From an uncultured Candidatus Actinomarina sp. (GTDB taxonomy: Bacteria > Actinomycetota > Acidimicrobiia > Actinomarinales > Actinomarinaceae): a stretch of DNA of 64,000 nucleotides. Made by a program: the position numbers and the translations under genes. The DNA is taken from the NCBI GenBank assembly GCA_902582695.1, contig CACHTH010000002.1, positions 26,483 to 90,482 on the forward strand. The letters are read 5' to 3'. A model generated the notes under the pieces. It had not been told where the DNA came from, made no database searches, and saw only the letters and a list, made by a program, of their open reading frames with translations. Shown piece after piece: positions 10,819 to 21,507 of this stretch. Every line of letters begins with the position of its first letter. Within the stretch, counting starts at the first letter, position 1.

Positions 10819-12750
10819 ATGGTAGAAGAGCACAGTCCCGAATTTGTAGATGCTGGCGAAAAGCAAAAGATAGATTTTTTTGATGGTGATGTTCATTTAG
10901 GGCATTACGATTTTAGATTTGATTTTAACGATAAAAAACACTTTTCTATTTCTAGAGACGGAACTGGAAGAGTTAGAGTTCACTCTCAAAAAAATATCTC
11001 AAAACTATGGATTTTATTGGAAGATGAAGATTTTAGGCCAATTGAACTAAGGAAGTATGCAGAAACAGACAGGTTTATTTTTTGGGGTACACAGATACAG
11101 TTCAGATCAACTACAGCAAAGTTCAGCTTCGCAGCAAGCACAGATGAACAGCTTAATCTTTATCTAGGAACTAGTGGTATAGCAAATTTCATATCTCCTT
11201 CAGAAAAATGGGTTTACGATTCTGGCTCATACCAAAGACACACAATTCCTGACTGGGTATATGGCGGCGTAATGTATCAAGTATTTCCAGATAGATTTGC
11301 TAATGGAGACAGTTCTCTAAATCCAAAAAATACTGTTGAATGGGGTTCAATTCCTACAAGATTAGATTTTCAAGGTGGAGACTTATATGGAGTAATCCAA
11401 AAGCTTGATCATGTCCAGTCTCTCGGAGTAAATATAATTTACTTAAATCCAATCTTTTTGTCATCTAGCACACACAAGTACGATGCATGGGATCATTTCA
11501 AAGTAGACCCTACATTAGGTGGTGATGATGCTTTACGAGAATTAATTGAAGAATGTCATAAGAGAGGTATGAAAATAATCTTAGACTGTTCATTAAATCA
11601 TGTTCACCCAAGACATTTTGCATTTCAAGACTTAGTTAAGAATGGAGAGAGGTCAGAGTATAAAGACTGGTTTACAGTATTCGATTATCCAGTAAGGTTT
11701 ATCCACAGACCACACTTATATGCCAATACTTACAAAGTAGGTTGGGATGGAAATCAAGAAGAGTATAAACAATATTTAGATAAAACTTTCGAAGAAACTA
11801 TGGTGCCAGTTGAAATAAGGGAAGATGATGGACCTATAGTTGAACCGTCATTTAAAGCTTGGTGGGGAGTACCTGATATGCCCAAAGTGAATTTTGATTC
11901 TGATGGTGCAAGACAATGGGCTCTTGATGTTACAAAGCATTGGATTGAGAATTTTGATATTGATGGGTGGAGAATGGATGTTGCAAAGGAACTAGATTTT
12001 TCATTTTGGAAAGATTTCAGAGATATCGCTTACTCGACCAAGAGAGATGTTCTGCTTATTTCTGAAATATTTGGAGATACTTCTCAGTGGCTTCAAGGAG
12101 ATAGATTTGACGGAACAATGAATTACTCTTTTAGAGAAACTATGACCGATTACTTTGCAACCAAGAGAATCAACAATAAAGAATTTGCCGACTCTCTTGC
12201 TAATTTATATTCCATGTATTCTTTTGAGGCTCTTTCTTCATGCCAGAATTTATTGAGTTCCCATGATGTAAAAAGATTTTTGAACCGATGTGGTAACAAC
12301 GAGGATGGCATACTCGGAGCAATATTTCTACAAGCTACATTTCCAGGGATAGCTGGTGTTTACTATGGAGATGAAGTTGGTCTAGGTGGTGCTGATGATC
12401 CTTTTAACAGAGAACCATTTCCTTGGCACAATGAAGAATCGTGGAATAAAACAATCCTTGAATTTACAAAAACTATGATGCAAATCAAAAATGTTAATCC
12501 AATTTTCAAATATGGAAGATTTGAATTATTAGATTACACGGAAGATGTTGTAATCTTCAGAAGAATTTTACAAGACGAGTCACTTATTTGTATTGTAAAT
12601 AGAAATAGATCTACTAATGACATAGCTATCCCGTCTAATGCACATAGTATCGATGTAGTCTATGGAGATTGTGAAGCAAATCTTGAAGACGGTTCTGTCA
12701 AAATAACTAAAAATGCTGGAGATATAGGCATAATTCTTCACGAAAAATAA
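10819..12750 (+). CDS. GH13 neopullulanase/cyclomaltodextrinase-type glycosidase
   Basis: YQVFPDRFANGD, GGDLYG, IDGWRMDVA, SEIFG, LSSHD, YYGDEVG. Confidence 0.9.
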   Translation: MVEEHSPEFVDAGEKQKIDFFDGDVHLGHYDFRFDFNDKKHFSISRDGTGRVRVHSQKNISKLWILLEDEDFRPIELRKYAETDRFIFWGTQIQFRSTTAKFSFAASTDEQLNLYLGTSGIANFISPSEKWVYDSGSYQRHTIPDWVYGGVMYQVFPDRFANGDSSLNPKNTVEWGSIPTRLDFQGGDLYGVIQKLDHVQSLGVNIIYLNPIFLSSSTHKYDAWDHFKVDPTLGGDDALRELIEECHKRGMKIILDCSLNHVHPRHFAFQDLVKNGERSEYKDWFTVFDYPVRFIHRPHLYANTYKVGWDGNQEEYKQYLDKTFEETMVPVEIREDDGPIVEPSFKAWWGVPDMPKVNFDSDGARQWALDVTKHWIENFDIDGWRMDVAKELDFSFWKDFRDIAYSTKRDVLLISEIFGDTSQWLQGDRFDGTMNYSFRETMTDYFATKRINNKEFADSLANLYSMYSFEALSSCQNLLSSHDVKRFLNRCGNNEDGILGAIFLQATFPGIAGVYYGDEVGLGGADDPFNREPFPWHNEESWNKTILEFTKTMMQIKNVNPIFKYGRFELLDYTEDVVIFRRILQDESLICIVNRNRSTNDIAIPSNAHSIDVVYGDCEANLEDGSVKITKNAGDIGIILHEK

Positions 12751-12805
12751 AATTTTGTGCATTTGTGCATTATTTTTTTTATTTAGCTAGAAAAAATTAT
12801 AAATA

Positions 12806-12853
12806 GACAATAAAGTTGTCATTGACATTCGTAAAGAGTGAATATACGTATAT
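12806..12853 (+). promoter_or_regulatory. Probable malE promoter with overlapping inverted repeats
   Basis: TTGACA at 12822-12827; GACAA-N5-TTGTC (12806-12820); TGTCA-T-TGACA (12817-12827); palindrome ATATACGTATAT (12842-12853). Confidence 0.45.
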
Positions 12854-12867
12854 ACGAAAGGGAGTAT

Positions 12868-14172
12868 ATGAAAACTAATAAATTACGATTTATCGTATTT
12901 TTATTGATGTTTTCTTTAGTGGCCGTGGCTTGTGGTGGAGATACTGCAGATGATGCAGCAGAAGCACCAGATACCACTGAAGCACCTAAAGAAACATTAG
13001 CTGCTCCTGCAACCACAGCACCACCACCAGAAGTAATCGTTGTGTGGGCTGAGGAAAAAGTTGCAAATGCTCTAGATCCTTTAGTTGGCGCTTATGAAGC
13101 TGCTGCTGGAGTTGATGTAGAAGTAGTTGTTTATGATTTCGGTGCAATAAGAACAGACGTTCAAACTGCTGGTCCGGCAGGTGAAGGTCCAGATGTTTTC
13201 TTAGGAGCACATGACTGGGTTGGAGAATTAGCAGCAAACGGTGTAGTTTCACCACTAGATTTAGGTTCTGTAGCATCTGATTTATTTGATGTCGGCGTTA
13301 CAGCGTTTAGTTATGGTGGAGAAGTCTACGGATTTCCTTATGCAACAGAAGCTATTGCTATGTATTACAATGCAGACTTAGTCGATTCAGTCCCAACAAC
13401 ATGGGAAGACGCAAAAGCTGCTTGTGATGCTGCAGGGACTGAACTTTGTGTTGGAGCGCCAGGTGGTGGAGGAGGCGGAGACGCTTACCACAATCATCCA
13501 TTTGTCGCATCAGCTGGAGGTTATGTTTTTGCTTCTGAAGGTGGATTCGATGCATCAGACGTTGGTTTAGATAACGCTGGAGCTTTGGCTTCTGCTGAAT
13601 ACCTAGATGGACTTGTAAAAAATGGAACAGTTGCATCCACAGACTATGGTGGCTCTATGACTGCATTCCAAGAAGGTCGTTCATTATTCTGGATGACTGG
13701 TCCATGGGCAAGAGGCGATGCTAGCGCAGTTAACTACGGTGTTGGATTAATACCTCAGTTTGATGGAAATGCAGCTACTCCATTTGTTGGTGTAAGAGGT
13801 GCAATGGTTTCATCATTTAGTGATAAGCAAGTTTTAGCTCAAAGCTTTATTCTTGACTTTTTTGCAACTGTTGAAGTTCAACAAGCAATGTATGAATCTG
13901 ATCCAAGACTACCTGCTACAAAATCTTTATTTGCTTTAGTAGAAGCTGCGGATCCTGTAGCAGCTGTATTTGCGGCTAGTGCTGCAAATGGTATTCCTAT
14001 GCCTAACATTCCAGAAATGGGAAGTGTATGGGGACCATTCGGTGACGCTTTGTTAATTATTAGAGACCAAAATTATGGTACAAATGAAGAAACAGGCGTA
14101 ACAGTTAGCAATGCATCTGATGCTATGAAATTAGCGGCAGAACAAATTCGTAATGCAATTGCTGGCGGTTAA
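12868..14172 (+). CDS. malE: Maltose/maltodextrin ABC transporter substrate-binding lipoprotein
   Basis: SD GGGAG before ATG 12868, lipobox VAVAC, GPDVFLGAHDW, PMPNIPEMGSVW. Confidence 0.9.
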   Translation: MKTNKLRFIVFLLMFSLVAVACGGDTADDAAEAPDTTEAPKETLAAPATTAPPPEVIVVWAEEKVANALDPLVGAYEAAAGVDVEVVVYDFGAIRTDVQTAGPAGEGPDVFLGAHDWVGELAANGVVSPLDLGSVASDLFDVGVTAFSYGGEVYGFPYATEAIAMYYNADLVDSVPTTWEDAKAACDAAGTELCVGAPGGGGGGDAYHNHPFVASAGGYVFASEGGFDASDVGLDNAGALASAEYLDGLVKNGTVASTDYGGSMTAFQEGRSLFWMTGPWARGDASAVNYGVGLIPQFDGNAATPFVGVRGAMVSSFSDKQVLAQSFILDFFATVEVQQAMYESDPRLPATKSLFALVEAADPVAAVFAASAANGIPMPNIPEMGSVWGPFGDALLIIRDQNYGTNEETGVTVSNASDAMKLAAEQIRNAIAGG

Positions 14173-14191
14173 TTTTTAATTAATCAATATT

Positions 14192-14224
14192 AAATTGGGG
14201 CTCTGTTGAGCCCCAATTTTTTTA
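14192..14224 (+). terminator. Stem-loop with T-tract between malE and malF (terminator or mRNA-stabilising element)
   Basis: AAATTGGGGCTC-TGTT-GAGCCCCAATTT, a perfect 12-bp stem followed by Ts. Confidence 0.85.
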
Positions 14225-14239
14225 ATGATATATTTAAGT

Positions 14240-15826
14240 ATGACTCTCTCAAAAATTTTTAGGTATACCTTATTAGCAATATTCAACGCATTAATTGTTT
14301 ATGCTGTGCCTCTTACTTTAACATTTGAATCTTGGTTCTTTTTATCGTTAATTATAGTTATTGGCATTCTGGTAAATATTGTTTACTTTACTGATAGATT
14401 CCAACCTATGAAATGGATACTTCCAGGCATGATATTTATGTTATCATTTGTAGTATTTCCTGCTGTTTACAATACATACGTTTCATTTACCAATTGGTCT
14501 ACAGGACATATCCTTACCAAGACTCAGGCAATTGGCGTTTTGGAAGATAGAGTTTTTACACCAGATGATCAAAAAGGACTCGAATTCGATATGTATATTC
14601 TACAAGATCTAGATTTAAATTTTTATTATGTCGCAAATTTAGATTCTGAAAACATCCTATTTGGAAAAGCAGTTTCAGATGATGAGATTTTTTCTACATC
14701 CTATGCAACCCATGAACCTTCACTTTTCATTGATGGTGAATTTTCTACACCAGATGGCTATTATCAACTTTCTGGAAAAGAGCAAATAGCTAATTCAACA
14801 ACCCTACAAGAACTTTCACTAGTAATTGATAAAAACACTAGAGCACAACTATATAAAATTTCTGTATTTGGTGCCTCTACAGGTCGACTAACCTCCACTT
14901 CTCAGCTCTATACATATGATGAGATGAATGATTCCTTGTTTAATAATGCAACCAATACGCTATGTCCAGTTGTAAAAGATAATTTTGAATGTGAAGGTAA
15001 AGAGATAGAACCAGGTTGGAGGGTTTATGTAGGAGGCGAGAACTACAGTAAACTTTTTTCTAGTCAGAGGATTAGGGGCCCTTTAGGTGTTGTTACTAAA
15101 TGGACATTTCAATTTGCTTTATTATCTGTCATTTTTTCATTTGCAGTAGGACTTCTTTTAAGCATGATATTAAACAAGGATGGTTTAAAATTTCAAAGAA
15201 TCTACCGAGCTGTTTTTATACTTCCATATGCAATACCAGCATTTGTCTCAGCTCTTGTATGGAAAGGATTATTAAATCCTGACTATGGTGTTATTAACTC
15301 GTGGCTAGGTCCTTTATATGAAATGTTAGATATAGAGCCTGTTAAATGGCTCAAGACTAAAGAAAGTGCCAGATCAGCTGTTCTTCTAGTTAATACATGG
15401 CTTGGTTTTCCTTATATGTTTTTAATTACCACAGGAGCATTGCAATCCATTCCTAAGGAACTTATTGAAGCTGCAAAGGTTGATGGTGCAACTGGAATTC
15501 AATCATTTTGGAGGATAACTTTTCCTTTGTTGATGGTCTCTATATCACCATTATTAATTGGTTCATTTGCATTCAATTTCAATAACTTTACTTTAATATT
15601 CCTTCTTTCGGGAGGAGGTCCTCCAATTATTGGAAGTGAGGTATCTGTTGGGTGGACCGATATTTTGATATCCTTTACTTATAAGCTGGCAATTTCTGGA
15701 GGTAGAGGAAATCTATTTGGTCTTGCATCAAGTGTTACAATAATTATTTTTGCACTCGTACTTATAATTTCAGCTATTTCATTTAGATATACAAAACGAT
15801 TGGAAAGAATTTATGGAAACATCTAA
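14240..15826 (+). CDS. malF: Maltodextrin ABC permease MalF
   Basis: Large extracytoplasmic loop, EAA motif EAAKVDGA, FAFNFNNF; start at 14240 (alternative 14225). Confidence 0.9.
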   Translation: MTLSKIFRYTLLAIFNALIVYAVPLTLTFESWFFLSLIIVIGILVNIVYFTDRFQPMKWILPGMIFMLSFVVFPAVYNTYVSFTNWSTGHILTKTQAIGVLEDRVFTPDDQKGLEFDMYILQDLDLNFYYVANLDSENILFGKAVSDDEIFSTSYATHEPSLFIDGEFSTPDGYYQLSGKEQIANSTTLQELSLVIDKNTRAQLYKISVFGASTGRLTSTSQLYTYDEMNDSLFNNATNTLCPVVKDNFECEGKEIEPGWRVYVGGENYSKLFSSQRIRGPLGVVTKWTFQFALLSVIFSFAVGLLLSMILNKDGLKFQRIYRAVFILPYAIPAFVSALVWKGLLNPDYGVINSWLGPLYEMLDIEPVKWLKTKESARSAVLLVNTWLGFPYMFLITTGALQSIPKELIEAAKVDGATGIQSFWRITFPLLMVSISPLLIGSFAFNFNNFTLIFLLSGGGPPIIGSEVSVGWTDILISFTYKLAISGGRGNLFGLASSVTIIIFALVLIISAISFRYTKRLERIYGNI

Positions 15827-16679
15827 ATTTTACAATTGGGTTAAAGAATATGGCTGGAGACATTTAATAGCATTAATGTTTGTTACATTTGCTATTTATC
15901 CAATTTTATTTGTTGCAACAAATTCGATTGCAGATTTTGCAAACTTAACTAATTCGAAATTAATTCCAGATGGACTTACTTTAAAGCATTACAAATTGCT
16001 TTCTTCAGATCCATTAGTTCCTTATTTTAAGTGGCTTTACAATACCTATAAAGTTGCTTTAATTGCAGCATTCTTTAATGTTTTTCTTGGGACACTAGCT
16101 GCATATGCGTTTTCTAGACTACAGTTCAAGGGTCGAAGAGCAAGTTTATTAACATTAGTAATAGTTCAAATGTTTCCATCGTTTTTAGCATTTGTTGCAA
16201 TATATCTTTTGTTCTTTCAAATCAGTGATATTGCACCATTTATGGGGCTTGGTACACATATTGGATTAATTCTTGTTTACCTTGGTGGATCAATAGGATT
16301 TAATTCCTGGTTAATTAAAGGTTTTATGGATACCATATCACCTTCACTTGATGAAGCTGCAAAAGTAGATGGTGCTACTGATTTCCAAATATTCAGAAGA
16401 ATAATAGCACCGCTTTCTAGACCAATATTAGTTGTAATTTTTGTCATTACATTTATAGGAATTTATTCCGACTTCATACTTGCCGCTATATTCTTAAAAG
16501 ATAAAAATTTATGGACAGTTGCAGTTGGAATAAATACAGTTTTTATAGATGATTTCAACGCTGACTGGGGAGTAATCGCTGCTTCATCAGTTATAGCGGC
16601 AACACCGATTGCAGTTCTATTTATCTTTTTCCAGAAGCAAATTACAGGGGGATTAACTGCAGGCTCTGTAAAAGGATAA
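15813..16679 (+). CDS. malG: Maltodextrin ABC permease MalG
   Basis: AYAFSR, QMFP, LDEAAKVDGA, GLTAGSVKG C-terminus. Confidence 0.92.
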   Translation: METSKFYNWVKEYGWRHLIALMFVTFAIYPILFVATNSIADFANLTNSKLIPDGLTLKHYKLLSSDPLVPYFKWLYNTYKVALIAAFFNVFLGTLAAYAFSRLQFKGRRASLLTLVIVQMFPSFLAFVAIYLLFFQISDIAPFMGLGTHIGLILVYLGGSIGFNSWLIKGFMDTISPSLDEAAKVDGATDFQIFRRIIAPLSRPILVVIFVITFIGIYSDFILAAIFLKDKNLWTVAVGINTVFIDDFNADWGVIAASSVIAATPIAVLFIFFQKQITGGLTAGSVKG

Positions 16680-16749
16680 ATCCTATTATTTAATAGCTCA
16701 TTTAGCTTTTTTTAATTAAAATTGAGTATTAGATTCATGGGAGGATATT

Positions 16750-18678
16750 TTGTCTAAGTTACACGATTATTTGAAATCACAGGAAAATTTAATTACAGCT
16801 TCTGTTGATGGTAAAACGCTTTTAGATTTTATTGATAGAAATGCAGAAGAGTATCCAGATTATCCAGCATTAAATACTCCAGCTAATAGTGAATACTCAG
16901 CTTGGGATTCAATATCTTGGTCAGAATATAGAGATGTATCAAAAAATTTAGCGGCAGGATTAATGTCTCTCGGACTAGGTCCAGGCGACACAGCATTTAT
17001 TATGTCTAACAATACTAAAGAACATAACATTTCTGATCTAGGAATTGTGTATTGTGGAGCCACTCCATCTACGTTGTATAAACAATTAAAATCGTCGCAG
17101 ATTGAATATGTAGCAAACCTCATGGAAGCCAAAGTTGCAGTAGTAGGTGATCTTGAATTATTTGCAGAAGTAAATGCAGCAAGAGAACAGTGTCCAAAAT
17201 TAGAAGCGATTGTGCTCATAGATGGTTATGAAGATAATAAAGAACTTGATTATGTTCATAGCTACCACGAGTTAGTTGAAAAAGGAAAAGAACTAAATCA
17301 AGAAGATAGCTCAAAATTAGATTCAGCTATTGCTACTGTTACTCCAGATTCTCTAGCTTGTTTAATATTTACATCTGGAACAACAGGAAAACCTAAAGGC
17401 GTGATGATTTCTCACAAAAACGTCCTATGGACAATTGAAAGTTTATTTGGTCAAATGATTCCTGCAACCAAATTTCCAAGGATTGTCTCTTACCTACCAA
17501 TGGCACATATTGCTGCAAGAGCTGGTGACCACTATCAAGCTATTTACAGAGTTGGTCAGATATTTCCAGTTCCTGTATTAGAAGACATGAGAGATGCGCT
17601 TCCAACAATTAAACCATCTGTATTTCTTGCAGTACCAAGAGTTTGGGAAAGGTTTAAAGGCGGATTACAGGCAAGAATTGAAGAAAATCCTAAAAAGGAT
17701 TTAATAGACAAAGCAATTAAGAATGGCTTAGAGAAAGTAGATTATGAACAGAGAGGTGAAAAAGTTCCTCTTGGCATTAATTTAAAAGATAAAGTATTTG
17801 CAAAACTGGTCTTTTCTAAATTTAAAGAAGGACTTGGAATAATGAATACTGAATATTTTGTTACTGCTGCAGCACCTATGAATAAAGATGTTCATAGGTG
17901 GTTTCATGCAATAGGTATAGATATAACAGAGATATATGGAATGACAGAAGACACTGGACCTGCAACAATTGGTGTTCCCGGAAATGCTGCTGAGTCTTTT
18001 TCAAAAAAATTGAAAGTTGATGGACTTGAAGTTCCAAGCGTTCTCAATCCAATTGGAAAGGTTGGCATTCCAATACCTGGAACTGAAGTAAAAGTATTAG
18101 ATGATGGCGAGCTTTGTATTAAAGGAAACCACGTAGCACAGGGTTACTACAAGTCTGAAGAACAAACTAAGGAGACTTTCGATGAAGATGGCTGGCTTCA
18201 CACTGGCGATCTTGCAGAAATTGACGAAGATGGATTTGTAAAAATTATAGGTCGTAAAAAAGAAATTCTAATAACTTCAGCAGGAAAAAATATTGCCCCT
18301 GTTGAGATTGAAGACCTTGTGAAACCACATCCTTTAATTGGTCAAGTTTGTGTAGTTGGAGATGGCAAAAAGTTCTTGTCAGCTCTTATTGTATTAGATG
18401 GTGACGGAGGTGCAGAGACATGGGCATCAGAAAATGGTATTGAGTACTCTCTTAAAGATATGGCTAAAAATGAAAAAGTGATACAAGCTGTTCAAGAACA
18501 AGTAGATGAAGCAAATTCTCAAGTTGCAAATGTACAAGGTATTAAGAAATTTGTAATTTTAGATAAAGAATGGACTGACTCAAGCGGTGAATTAACACCA
18601 ACTTTGAAATTGAAGAGAAATGTTATTGCTGAGATGTATAATGATGAGATTGAATCAATGTACGAAGGAATCGAATAA
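16750..18678 (+). CDS. Long-chain acyl-CoA synthetase (FadD family)
   Basis: AMP-binding IFTSGTTGKPKG, YGMTE, GWLHTGD, ELTPTLKLKR. Confidence 0.92.
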   Translation: MSKLHDYLKSQENLITASVDGKTLLDFIDRNAEEYPDYPALNTPANSEYSAWDSISWSEYRDVSKNLAAGLMSLGLGPGDTAFIMSNNTKEHNISDLGIVYCGATPSTLYKQLKSSQIEYVANLMEAKVAVVGDLELFAEVNAAREQCPKLEAIVLIDGYEDNKELDYVHSYHELVEKGKELNQEDSSKLDSAIATVTPDSLACLIFTSGTTGKPKGVMISHKNVLWTIESLFGQMIPATKFPRIVSYLPMAHIAARAGDHYQAIYRVGQIFPVPVLEDMRDALPTIKPSVFLAVPRVWERFKGGLQARIEENPKKDLIDKAIKNGLEKVDYEQRGEKVPLGINLKDKVFAKLVFSKFKEGLGIMNTEYFVTAAAPMNKDVHRWFHAIGIDITEIYGMTEDTGPATIGVPGNAAESFSKKLKVDGLEVPSVLNPIGKVGIPIPGTEVKVLDDGELCIKGNHVAQGYYKSEEQTKETFDEDGWLHTGDLAEIDEDGFVKIIGRKKEILITSAGKNIAPVEIEDLVKPHPLIGQVCVVGDGKKFLSALIVLDGDGGAETWASENGIEYSLKDMAKNEKVIQAVQEQVDEANSQVANVQGIKKFVILDKEWTDSSGELTPTLKLKRNVIAEMYNDEIESMYEGIE

Positions 18679-19583
18679 TGTCACAAGTATCTTTTGAAAA
18701 TAGGACAGTAATAGTAACTGGTGCCGGTAACGGATTAGGTAAAGCATATGCTCTTGATTTAGGTTCACGAGGCGCAAAAGTTGTTGTAAACGACCTGGGT
18801 GGCGCAGTAGATGGATCAGGCTCTGGCAGCACTCCAGCAGATGAAGTTGTTAACGAAATAATTGCAAATGGAGGAGAAGCTGTTGCCAATTATGATTCTG
18901 TTGCAACCAAAGAAGGTGGAGAGTCTATTGTACAAACTGCGATTGATAATTTTGGCACTGTTGATGCAGTTGTTAATAATGCAGGTATCTTGAGGGATAA
19001 AAGTTTTGCAAACATGTCCGAAGAAGAATTATCTTTGATTATAGATGTACATTTGAAAGGTACTTTTTTTGTTTCACAGCCTGCTTTTAAAGTGATGAAG
19101 GAAAATGCATATGGCAGAATTGTTAACGTAGCTTCACCTTCTGGACTATTTGGTAATTTTGGTCAATCAAACTATGGTGCAGCAAAAATGGGCATAGTAG
19201 GTTTAACAAATGTATTAGCTATTGAAGGGGCAAAATATAATATCAAAGTAAATGTAATTGCTCCAACAGCATACACAAGAATGACCGAGGCACTCCTTCC
19301 TGAAGATGTTGGTAAATTGTTCAGTGCAGACTTAGTTACACCAATGGTTTCATATCTAGCATCAGAGGTTTGTGAACCTAGTCATGAAATCTTTGGAGTA
19401 GCTGCTGGTCGTTTTGCTCGTATTGGAATTATTACCCATAAAGGTTATGTAAATACAAGTGCATCTGCCGAAGACATAGCTGATAATATTGAAGAAATAA
19501 GAAATATTGAAAATGGCACATATCCTCTTAGTAACGAGGATGAGTTAATGATCATTCAGCAAGCCATACAGGGTAATCAATAA
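18678..19583 (+). CDS. SDR oxidoreductase, MFE-2-type (R)-3-hydroxyacyl-CoA dehydrogenase-like
   Basis: TGAGNGLG, VVVNDLGG, NNAGILRD, YGAAK. Confidence 0.85.
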   Translation: MSQVSFENRTVIVTGAGNGLGKAYALDLGSRGAKVVVNDLGGAVDGSGSGSTPADEVVNEIIANGGEAVANYDSVATKEGGESIVQTAIDNFGTVDAVVNNAGILRDKSFANMSEEELSLIIDVHLKGTFFVSQPAFKVMKENAYGRIVNVASPSGLFGNFGQSNYGAAKMGIVGLTNVLAIEGAKYNIKVNVIAPTAYTRMTEALLPEDVGKLFSADLVTPMVSYLASEVCEPSHEIFGVAAGRFARIGIITHKGYVNTSASAEDIADNIEEIRNIENGTYPLSNEDELMIIQQAIQGNQ

Positions 19584-19607
19584 GATAAATTTGATGTATA
19601 ATTCTTT

Positions 19608-20825
19608 ATGGTAAAAACTGAAACTAAACATTCTGATGCAGAACAGCTGGTAAGAAGCAAATTAGATGAATTAATTCAATTCAGAAGTCAAACAGATGAC
19701 ATTAAAGAATTTTGGGGTAAACAATTCGATCTTGGACTTGCGTGGGTTCAGTTTCCAGAAGGTGCTGGGGGATTAGGGTTAAATCCAAAATATCAACTTA
19801 TAATTACCGAAACTTTAAGAAATGAAGGAATTTCTCAACAAAACAGAGTTGCAAATATTCTTGGTATAGGCATGGGAGCACCAACTATTGTTGAGTATGG
19901 CACTCCAGAACAAATTCAAACATATTTAAGACCAATGTTCACTACTGAAGAAATATGGTGCCAACTATTTTCAGAGCCAGGTTCAGGCTCAGATTTAGCA
20001 AGCTTGTCAACTAAAGCGGTGGATGATGGCGACGGATTCATTGTAAATGGTCAAAAAGTTTGGACAACTCTAGGACACTTAGCTAAATGGGGATTAATTG
20101 TTACAAGGACAGACCCAGATGTTCCAAAGCATAGGGGATTAACATTTTTTATTGTTGATATGGAGTCCGATGGTGTAGATGTTAGACCACTTCGCCAAAT
20201 AACGGGTGAAGCAGAATTTAATGAAGTTTATTTTACAGATGTGAAGATACCAAAAGAAAATATTTTAGGCAGCCTTGGAGATGGTTGGAGAGTTTCACTT
20301 GCAATATTAATGAATGAGAGAGTTGCTATAGGTGGAAATGTTCGTGAAAGAGGAAGTGGTGCACCTGGTCATTTAGTTCAACTTTGGAACGATAAAGAGC
20401 TTGATGATCCAGTTTCAAGGGATAAGTTAATAAAACTATGGATTGAGCAGGAAGCAGTAAGGTTAACTAATGTTAGAGCATTTGAAAATAGAGAAAAAGG
20501 CACACCTGGTCCAGAAGGCTCTACTAGTAAATTATATGAAGCCGAAATTAATAAAGCATCATATGAATTTGGTATGGAAATGCTTGGCAATGATGCTTTG
20601 CTATTCCCAAGAGGTTATGAGTTGACCCAACCAGAATTAAATTTTGAAAATGAGACTTTTGGCTTCACAGATACCCAGAGTTTGTTTCTCAGGTCTAGAG
20701 CTAATTCAATAGAAGGCGGTACATCTGAAATAATGAGAAATATTATTGCTGAAAGGGTTTTAGGACTTCCAAGTGAGCCAAAACAAGATAAAGATAAAGC
20801 TTGGAAAGATATTCCAAGGTCTTAA
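19608..20825 (+). CDS. Acyl-CoA dehydrogenase family protein
   Basis: WCQLFSEPGSGSDLA, NGQKVWT, IEGGTSEIMRNII. Confidence 0.92.
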   Translation: MVKTETKHSDAEQLVRSKLDELIQFRSQTDDIKEFWGKQFDLGLAWVQFPEGAGGLGLNPKYQLIITETLRNEGISQQNRVANILGIGMGAPTIVEYGTPEQIQTYLRPMFTTEEIWCQLFSEPGSGSDLASLSTKAVDDGDGFIVNGQKVWTTLGHLAKWGLIVTRTDPDVPKHRGLTFFIVDMESDGVDVRPLRQITGEAEFNEVYFTDVKIPKENILGSLGDGWRVSLAILMNERVAIGGNVRERGSGAPGHLVQLWNDKELDDPVSRDKLIKLWIEQEAVRLTNVRAFENREKGTPGPEGSTSKLYEAEINKASYEFGMEMLGNDALLFPRGYELTQPELNFENETFGFTDTQSLFLRSRANSIEGGTSEIMRNIIAERVLGLPSEPKQDKDKAWKDIPRS

Positions 20826-21436
20826 TAAATTACGCTAAATAGCCCTTCATTACAACTTATCATTATTTGATTTTCTACTGATTCATTTCTTAGCGTTTTA
20901 GTACTACCAGCTTCAATATTCTCTTCATTTAAGTTCCACTTAGCTCCTGAGATAGTCAATTTATTTAAATTTGTTATTGGTACGACACTAAATTTTGTAC
21001 CTTCATTCAGAAAAATTGACATATTATTTTTAAAAACAATAGTTTTATCCATATAAAGCCAAGTTACATTTGTAGCGAATTCATAATTTATTACTAATGA
21101 AAAGATAGAAAACAAGTGATCTATTTCACCCTCTTCTCCTCCTATTATGAAAATATTTTTATCTTCTGGCTCATTAATACTGTCCAAAGAAAGTTCAAAG
21201 TCTGTTTTATCTTTATTTGGCTCATAACTTATTAAATCTATATTCATGTTTTCTACTTTTTTTAATAAATCAGGTGTAATTGAATCAAAGTCTCCTAGAA
21301 CTTTTGATGGAATTAAAGACCTATCAAACAAGTGAGCTGTACCATTATCAACTCCAATTATTTCATCAAAAGTAAGTTCTTTTAGTTCGTAGCTAGTTGA
21401 GCAATTGCCACTTAATGAGATGAGAACGTTATTCAT
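20822..21436 (-). CDS. thiN: Thiamine pyrophosphokinase
   Basis: GVDNG, LGDFDSI, DKTDFELSL, IDHLF. Confidence 0.85.
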   Translation of the reverse strand: MNNVLISLSGNCSTSYELKELTFDEIIGVDNGTAHLFDRSLIPSKVLGDFDSITPDLLKKVENMNIDLISYEPNKDKTDFELSLDSINEPEDKNIFIIGGEEGEIDHLFSIFSLVINYEFATNVTWLYMDKTIVFKNNMSIFLNEGTKFSVVPITNLNKLTISGAKWNLNEENIEAGSTKTLRNESVENQIMISCNEGLFSVIY

Positions 21437-21507
21437 ATATCAATTATATATAACTACTTTAATTTATTAATTTCTCACATATCTCAAATTGGTTAAAATA
21501 TATAAAT

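Noticed and set aside
12753..12770. Short direct repeat TTGTGCAT x2 after the GH13 gene
   Set aside because: Only two short copies in AT-rich DNA; not distinguishable from chance.
13461..13480. GGN repeat in malE as a contingency locus
   Set aside because: It uses mixed Gly codons encoding a poly-Gly loop, not a perfect slippage tract.
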